Under the pieces are notes generated by a model. The model made no database searches and was not told the DNA's origin. It saw only the letters and a list, made by a program, of their open reading frames with translations. Source: an uncultured Desulfobulbaceae bacterium (GTDB taxonomy: Bacteria; Desulfobacterota; Desulfobulbia; Desulfobulbales; BM004). From it: a stretch of 64,000 nt of DNA. Positions 60,126 through 64,000 of this stretch are shown here, in pieces (position 1 is the stretch's first letter; every line of letters starts with the position of its first letter). The stretch lies in contig CALZHP010000002.1 of the NCBI GenBank assembly GCA_945787325.1, positions 51,831 to 115,830 of the forward strand, read 5' to 3'. Both the position numbers and the translations under genes were made by a program.

Positions 60126-61241
60126 ATGGAACTCTACAAAAAGAATCATAAGAAACTTGCCGTTTTTTCTGTATTGGCCCTGATCAGTATTCTTTTTGCG
60201 AATGTTTTTGAACCCTATCGTGTTGTTGGCCCGGAACTCCTTGTAAATCATGATTTCAGACAAGAACTTTCCGGCTGGGAACAATCCGGACCGACAGGCC
60301 TTGTTAAATATGAACACCCGCAAACAGTCCATATACTTTCAAATAGACCTGAGCTTTTTATCGGTCTCTCCCAGAAGATAGAAAACCCTGAGCGATTCAA
60401 ATATCTGAGCCTTTCCGGTGAGGTTCGTACAGAAAATGTTACTTCAGGTAATAAAGGCTGGAACAAAGCTCGGTTGATTATGAGCAGTCATGACCAGCAT
60501 GGTCGATGGTTGCCGGCCCCCCATCATGTGATTCTTTTGACCGGCACAAATTCCTGGCATCCTTACGGTAATGTTTTTGAAGTGCATAAAGATGCATCAG
60601 AAGTAAGGGTTACGGCTCAGCTTCCAAAGGCAACTGGAAGTTTGTGGGTTAAAAACATGAGTGTTCGTCAGGCAGTCCCCAGGGTTAGTGCCAAGTTCTT
60701 TCTTATCTCGGGAATTGCTATCTGGAGTATTTTTCTTTTATCACTTTTACTGCCATATTTCCGCCGGGCACGTAATGGTATCTTACAGATTGCCGTTTGT
60801 ACGGTGGTCGTTTCATTACTAGCAGGAACTCTTTTACCTTCCGATATAAACACTCAGTTGCGAAAAGAATCTGTAAATATACTGCATAATGTCAAGCATT
60901 ACAGCTTACAGGAAACACAACCTGGTTCAGTTCAACAAAGACTTAAACATGACCTACCTGTCAGAAAGATACTCAGGATACAGAAAATCGGTCACTTTTC
61001 CCTTTTTGTACTTCTTAGCCTTTTACTTGCCGTCGCATACCCAAAAGTGTCTAAGTGGCAGCTTTTGATCGATGTTACAATTTTGGCAGCAGCAACAGAG
61101 CTCATGCAAATATTTATCGAAAGTCGCACACCTCTTCTCGATGATTTGTTGCTTGACAGTTCAGGTGCTTTGCTTGGTCTAGGTATTATATGGTTGTCGC
61201 AAAGATGGGGGGCTCCCCTGAAAATAGAAAATAGATTATAG
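60126..61241 (+). CDS. VanZ-like membrane protein with a periplasmic carbohydrate-binding-like domain
   Basis: N-terminal TM; LVNHDF..SGW..TGTNSW beta-sandwich pattern; C-terminal KIGHFSLF..TELMQIFIESR..DLLLD. Confidence 0.75.
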   Translation: MELYKKNHKKLAVFSVLALISILFANVFEPYRVVGPELLVNHDFRQELSGWEQSGPTGLVKYEHPQTVHILSNRPELFIGLSQKIENPERFKYLSLSGEVRTENVTSGNKGWNKARLIMSSHDQHGRWLPAPHHVILLTGTNSWHPYGNVFEVHKDASEVRVTAQLPKATGSLWVKNMSVRQAVPRVSAKFFLISGIAIWSIFLLSLLLPYFRRARNGILQIAVCTVVVSLLAGTLLPSDINTQLRKESVNILHNVKHYSLQETQPGSVQQRLKHDLPVRKILRIQKIGHFSLFVLLSLLLAVAYPKVSKWQLLIDVTILAAATELMQIFIESRTPLLDDLLLDSSGALLGLGIIWLSQRWGAPLKIENRL

Positions 61242-61371
61242 TAAAAAGAATGAGTGTGTTATATGTAATAACCACTCTATATTAACAGTTTAGTGCACCG
61301 AAATTATGAACATGAACTTGACGTTCTAACAAATTGATCATTTTTAAGAAAACGAATCTAATATTAAACAC

Positions 61372-64000
61372 ATGTATCTTTCTTATTATAATCTAAAGAA
61401 AAAACCTTTTCAGACGACTACAAACCCGAATTATTTCTGGCACGGAGATAAATATAAAGCCGCCTTGGAATACCTCAATAAGGGTGTTGCTGAAAATGAA
61501 AGGGCGTTACTTCTGACTGGTGATACTGGGCTCGGTAAAACTACTCTTGTCAATTACCTTATAAACAGCCTTGATGATGAAATAATTGTCTGCCCTATCC
61601 TGAATCCTTTGCTGGAAAGTATGGATTTTTACAGGGCTATCGGGAATGCCTTTTCTATCGAAAAAGAATTCAGCGGTAAGGAAGATTTTATCAGTGAAGT
61701 GAAATTTTTTCTTACTATAGCTCACTCGCAAAAGAAAAAAGCTCTTCTGGTTATTGATGAGGCACACCTCCTGGACTTAGAACTTCTTCAAGATATTTCT
61801 GCATTGCTTGATTTGGCCGGAGAGTCAACCCCACTTCAAGTCTTATTTGTTGCACAGAAAGAATTTGAAGTAACCCTTAGAGATCCTTCTGCCAGCTGGC
61901 TGGACGAAAAAATTAAGGTTAGGTACCGTCTTGAACCATTTACCGAAGAAGAAACCGCGGAATATATACGCTATCAACTTATGCAAGCAGGAGCCACTAG
62001 AGATATATTCGGTACCAGCGCGATACAGAAAATATTTGTTTATTCCGGCGGATATCCCAGGGTCATAAATAACATTTGTGATCTGGCCCTGGTTGATGGT
62101 TACGGTGAGGGAGCAGATTTTATTGATTCATCTGTAATAAGGGAGTGTGGAGAGAAGCTAATATTTCCTAATGAAGGAAGTGAAAAGAAGAAAGCAAAGA
62201 AAAAGCAAAAAATAAAAGAAAAAGCAGCCAAAAGAAGAAATAAAATATCTAAAAGTACAGGTGAACAGAAAGACAGATCAGGATTATTGATAGGTGGTAC
62301 TGTATTTACATCGTTTCTGGTACTTTTTTTGACAGGTGCTGGCTACCTGTATATGACAGGTTATTTTGATAATAAACTTCCTGAGATAACTAGTAACGTT
62401 AATGACTCAGCAAATGAGGCTGAACAAGTTGCACCTGCTTTTATTTCTAGCGAAACGGAACAAAAGGCAGATGTGAATAATACTCCACAAGAATTTGATC
62501 CATCCGTTCAAAAAGAAGGCTATGAAACAGAACCTTCATTGCCTGAGCCCCCTTTAAGAGAGGCAGAAGAGGTAGCGGCTCCTGCTGTTCAACAAATTGA
62601 AATCCAGCCTATTGATGTAATCCCGGAAGAGATAAAGCCAGAGTTTGAGATAGTACAGAATACTGAGCCGGCAGAACCTCCAATTGCAGAATATCTTCCC
62701 CAAGTCGAACCGGAAGAGGAAAATATAATTGCTGAATCCAATATTCCTCAGGAGCAGGACAACTCCATACCTGAGTCCGATCCTGTAGAATCAGAGCAGC
62801 CTGAATATAAACCTTTACCGGTTATTAATCCTACAACTAATAAAATAACACCTGAACCAAGCGTGGAGCCGGATACTTCACATCAGGAAGCTGTTACCGT
62901 AGTAAACGAACCTTCAAGTTCCGATGTAGTTACCCAAACTGCGGTGGAGACGGACTTTCCGGTTGTTGCTGAAATAATAATGCCGGAGGTTGCAAGTGAA
63001 GCTCCAGTTATTGCGGAGGATGATGTTTCAGATGCAGCTTCAGAAAAGTCTCAGAAAGTAGAACAGGAAAGAGATTCCCAAGATTCCCCTACAGTTGAAA
63101 TAAACAGCAGTAAAAGCAAAACACCTGAGAAAGAAGAATCAGAAGAAAACATGAGCGCCCGCCAGCTTTCACAACGAAGTTATGAACACTTGTCGCGTAA
63201 AGAATTCGACAAGGCAATTTATTACGCTACCGTGGCAATTCATAAGAATCCAAAACTTGTTTCACCTTATGTGAATAGGTCATGGGCATATGTTATCAAG
63301 AAGGAATATGAAAAGGCTATCAAGGACGGCAATGTCGCTCTCCAACTGGACCCGGAAAATTCTTTTGCCTACAACAATAGAGGCCTTGCTTTTGAGCTTT
63401 CTGGAAGAACAGAAGAGGCTCTTTCAGATTATAAAATAGCCTGTGAAATGGGTGTAGAGGTCTCCTGCAACAATCAAAAAGATTTATTTGAAGAAGGACG
63501 CATCAGCAGGATGACAGCCCAGGGGAGAAAAAACCTGGAGCAGGGAAAATTGGATGCTGCCTTTGAGCTGGCGTATGATGTGCTCCAAGAAGAACCGGAC
63601 AATAAAGACGCTAAGGATATCCGTTCCCGGGCCTTATCCGGCATGAACATACACCAGAAAGCCCAGGAATGGACACAGAAAAGTTATGAGCACTTATTGA
63701 AAAAAGATTTTACTGCGGTCATTAAAACAGCATCAATAGCAATAGAAATTAATTCCGAACTAACCAGCCCATATATTAACAGAGCCTGGGCTTACAGCGA
63801 AACCGGCATGTACGACAAGGCCATTGAGGATTGTAATATAGTATTAACCCTCGATCGCAATAACGTGCTGGCGCTTAATAATAAAGGGTTGGCGTTTGAG
63901 CGGTCTGGGAGATTGGAACTTGCACGGGCAGAATATAAAGCTGCATGCGACCTGGGCCTGGGTGTAGGGTGTTCAAACTTCAAGCTCCTTGAAGGGGAAT
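61372..64000 (+). CDS. ExeA/GspA-like AAA ATPase with TM segment, Pro/Glu-rich linker and TPR modules; 3' end outside window
   Basis: MYLSYYNLKKKPF, Walker A GDTGLGKT, Walker B LLVIDEAH, SGGYPRVINNICDLAL; TM near 62281-62355; TPR-like repeats from about 63150. Not in the ORF track because no stop lies in the window. Confidence 0.88.
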   Translation, partial: MYLSYYNLKKKPFQTTTNPNYFWHGDKYKAALEYLNKGVAENERALLLTGDTGLGKTTLVNYLINSLDDEIIVCPILNPLLESMDFYRAIGNAFSIEKEFSGKEDFISEVKFFLTIAHSQKKKALLVIDEAHLLDLELLQDISALLDLAGESTPLQVLFVAQKEFEVTLRDPSASWLDEKIKVRYRLEPFTEEETAEYIRYQLMQAGATRDIFGTSAIQKIFVYSGGYPRVINNICDLALVDGYGEGADFIDSSVIRECGEKLIFPNEGSEKKKAKKKQKIKEKAAKRRNKISKSTGEQKDRSGLLIGGTVFTSFLVLFLTGAGYLYMTGYFDNKLPEITSNVNDSANEAEQVAPAFISSETEQKADVNNTPQEFDPSVQKEGYETEPSLPEPPLREAEEVAAPAVQQIEIQPIDVIPEEIKPEFEIVQNTEPAEPPIAEYLPQVEPEEENIIAESNIPQEQDNSIPESDPVESEQPEYKPLPVINPTTNKITPEPSVEPDTSHQEAVTVVNEPSSSDVVTQTAVETDFPVVAEIIMPEVASEAPVIAEDDVSDAASEKSQKVEQERDSQDSPTVEINSSKSKTPEKEESEENMSARQLSQRSYEHLSRKEFDKAIYYATVAIHKNPKLVSPYVNRSWAYVIKKEYEKAIKDGNVALQLDPENSFAYNNRGLAFELSGRTEEALSDYKIACEMGVEVSCNNQKDLFEEGRISRMTAQGRKNLEQGKLDAAFELAYDVLQEEPDNKDAKDIRSRALSGMNIHQKAQEWTQKSYEHLLKKDFTAVIKTASIAIEINSELTSPYINRAWAYSETGMYDKAIEDCNIVLTLDRNNVLALNNKGLAFERSGRLELARAEYKAACDLGLGVGCSNFKLLEGE

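Overview
A mostly core-genome, moderately AT-rich window from a Desulfobacterota chromosome (probably Desulfobulbales-like, inferred from gene content and order). It carries argC (partial), rplM-rpsI, two tRNA-Gly genes, the rimP-nusA-ylxR-infB-rbfA-nrnA-truB-rpsO-pnp-M16-dut superoperon, amtB-glnB under a sigma-54 promoter, selD, prmA-rsmE-dtd, fused secDF, purQ, kdsD, pyrG-kdsA-kdsC-lptC, pyrF, larB/larC, def-fmt, plsY, cysC and a partial ExeA-like ATPase/TPR gene. No CRISPR array, rRNA, prophage or transposase is visible. Most notable: (1) NusA carries a C-terminal copy of the IF2 N-terminal domain, 29/46 aa identical to the IF2 of the same operon; (2) a 75-codon gene missed by the ORF track (21648-21875) encodes a BFD-like Fe-S protein with an in-frame UGA at a conserved Cys position and a SECIS-like hairpin, i.e. 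a probable selenoprotein, about 4 kb from a Sec-containing selD; (3) a J-domain protein with tandem MshEN-like repeats; (4) an oleA-like gene without oleBCD; (5) a cooT plus His-rich partner with no CODH nearby; (6) a MITE-like element with dispersed copies of its terminal repeat. All calls come from reading the sequence; no searches were run.
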